A stretch of 64,000 bases of DNA from Selaginella moellendorffii (Eukaryota; Plantae; Lycopodiophyta): positions 310,001 to 374,000 of the forward strand of contig NW_003314369.1 of assembly GCF_000143415.4 (NCBI RefSeq), given 5' to 3'. The notes beneath the pieces are model-generated. The model made no database searches. It was not told the origin of the DNA and saw only the letters and a list, made by a program, of their open reading frames with translations. Shown here piece after piece: positions 62,807 to 64,000 of the stretch (its first letter is position 1; the number at the start of each line of letters is the position of its first letter). The translations under genes were made by a program, and so were the position numbers.

Positions 62807-63433
62807 ATTCGAGCACATGGAAATCTCTACTAACCATGAAAGATTTGCTTGGCCTAGCATTAGCTCAAGTACACTTGCTCTTTTATCCTCTTTGTAGCCA
62901 CTTCTGGCCTGTTCCCAGTGGTCTTATGCTTCCAGATGGGAGCAAACAAACCCCCAAAACATGTATTATTATTGTTTGAGTGCAAGTAAAATCACAGCTA
63001 TGGAACAAACGAAAGTGGTGGTAGGCTTAACATTTCTTCTGTTTAGGTTTGAGCTGAAGTATGTAATAGGATGGTGTGAGTGTCAGAAGTTTCACATGCT
63101 AAAATTTGAACGTTCACTGCCACAAAATCTCATTATCATAAACTTCCCTTTTGTTGGACTCTTCTTATATATATATACACCTTTATCACCTACAATCAAG
63201 CAGTGTTGTATTTCCACCCTAAAAAGGGCCGGGCCACTGCTACTGGGAGTGACGCGCATTTCCTTGTCCTCCTGCCACTGGGGAACCCTAGCCCCGACCC
63301 AGAAAGAAGAGAGCTTCAGAGACGCCCTAGCCACTGGAGACGATGCGGACTCCAAAGCTTTTGTTGGATCACGTTGAATGCGCCTTCCGGATCCCAGGCA
63401 CTTATCCACCGAGGGTTAGGGTTGCTCAACACC

Positions 63434-64000
63434 ATGGGGAGACGAACGAGGCAGATCTTCGAGGCTGCACAGGGTTTCACCTTGCCAGTTGCGGAAGACT
63501 TCCGGAGCCAACGCGGTGTTTGTAGGTGGGTGAATCGATTTGTATTCGGCGAAGATGCCGCCGCCGCGGCCTTGCGGGTGGGAGCTTGGCCCGAGCGACA
63601 TCGACTGGCAGAATGTAGAGATAAGGAGGAGTTCATGGCTGTTGTGGAATCCATTGAGGAGAGCGACCAAAGTGACGATGACACGACTGACATGAGAGGC
63701 GCAGTAGCAGTTGAAAAGGTGGCTGGCCAGGACGCAGCGCGAGCAGCCTTCTTCGAGTATCCTCTTGAGGACGAGGACGTACTGGAAGAGCTTTGGTCCA
63801 AAATCAAAAGGGATTATTGGACCTGGGCGCTCGGCAACGCTTACGTGGCACCGTTGTTTGCTATTGTGCAGAGTAGCGGCTGGGGTAAGTCAAGGCTGGC
63901 TTTTGAGCTCCACCGGAAGGGCTTGTACATCATCTACATTTCGTGCATGAAGGCCAGCCACTCCGGATTTCCCGGCCGGACTCCACACTTAGCTGCATGG
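63434..64000 (+). CDS. CRN-like NTPase-nuclease gene, copy 3 (5' part; runs off the window)
   Basis: ATG at 63434, MGRRTRQIFEAAQG...AIVQSSGWGKSRL..., no stop to the window end. The frame is also open upstream back to 63110. Confidence 0.8.
   Translation, partial: MGRRTRQIFEAAQGFTLPVAEDFRSQRGVCRWVNRFVFGEDAAAAALRVGAWPERHRLAECRDKEEFMAVVESIEESDQSDDDTTDMRGAVAVEKVAGQDAARAAFFEYPLEDEDVLEELWSKIKRDYWTWALGNAYVAPLFAIVQSSGWGKSRLAFELHRKGLYIIYISCMKASHSGFPGRTPHLAAW

Overview
Repeat-rich land-plant nuclear DNA. The evidence is a plant-type AAACCCT telomeric tract, a plant-type 18S fragment, an LRR-receptor cap fragment and a Tcn1-like chromovirus, which together point to a probable non-seed plant (inference). 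Five N-gaps are present. Apart from a decayed Gypsy gag-pol, the only substantial genes are three intronless, GC-rich, near-identical copies of a Crinkler(CRN/CR)-like P-loop NTPase plus PD-(D/E)xK-type nuclease gene. Copy 1 (536-2776, -) is intact, copy 2 (24244-26478, +) has one in-frame TGA, and copy 3 (63434->64000, +) is open to the window edge. Copies 1 and 2 each have an older decayed paralog downstream. Each copy's 5' region has been remodelled differently: an HVLVxxP-like header remnant in copy 3, a microsatellite plus telomere-repeat replacement in copy 2, and a deletion plus TIR elements (one carrying an LRR-RLK fragment) in copy 1. Copies 2 and 3 end the two units of a tandem segmental duplication, and copy 1 is inverted. 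The rest is nested LTR retrotransposon DNA. This comprises a decayed chromoviral Gypsy element (35.7-41.1 kb) and two non-autonomous LTR families (A and B) whose decayed pol-like remnants appear to lie antisense to their PBS/PPT polarity, plus solo LTRs, a Tourist-like MITE and a 40-bp 18S rRNA filler insertion. All calls are by eye; no searches were run.
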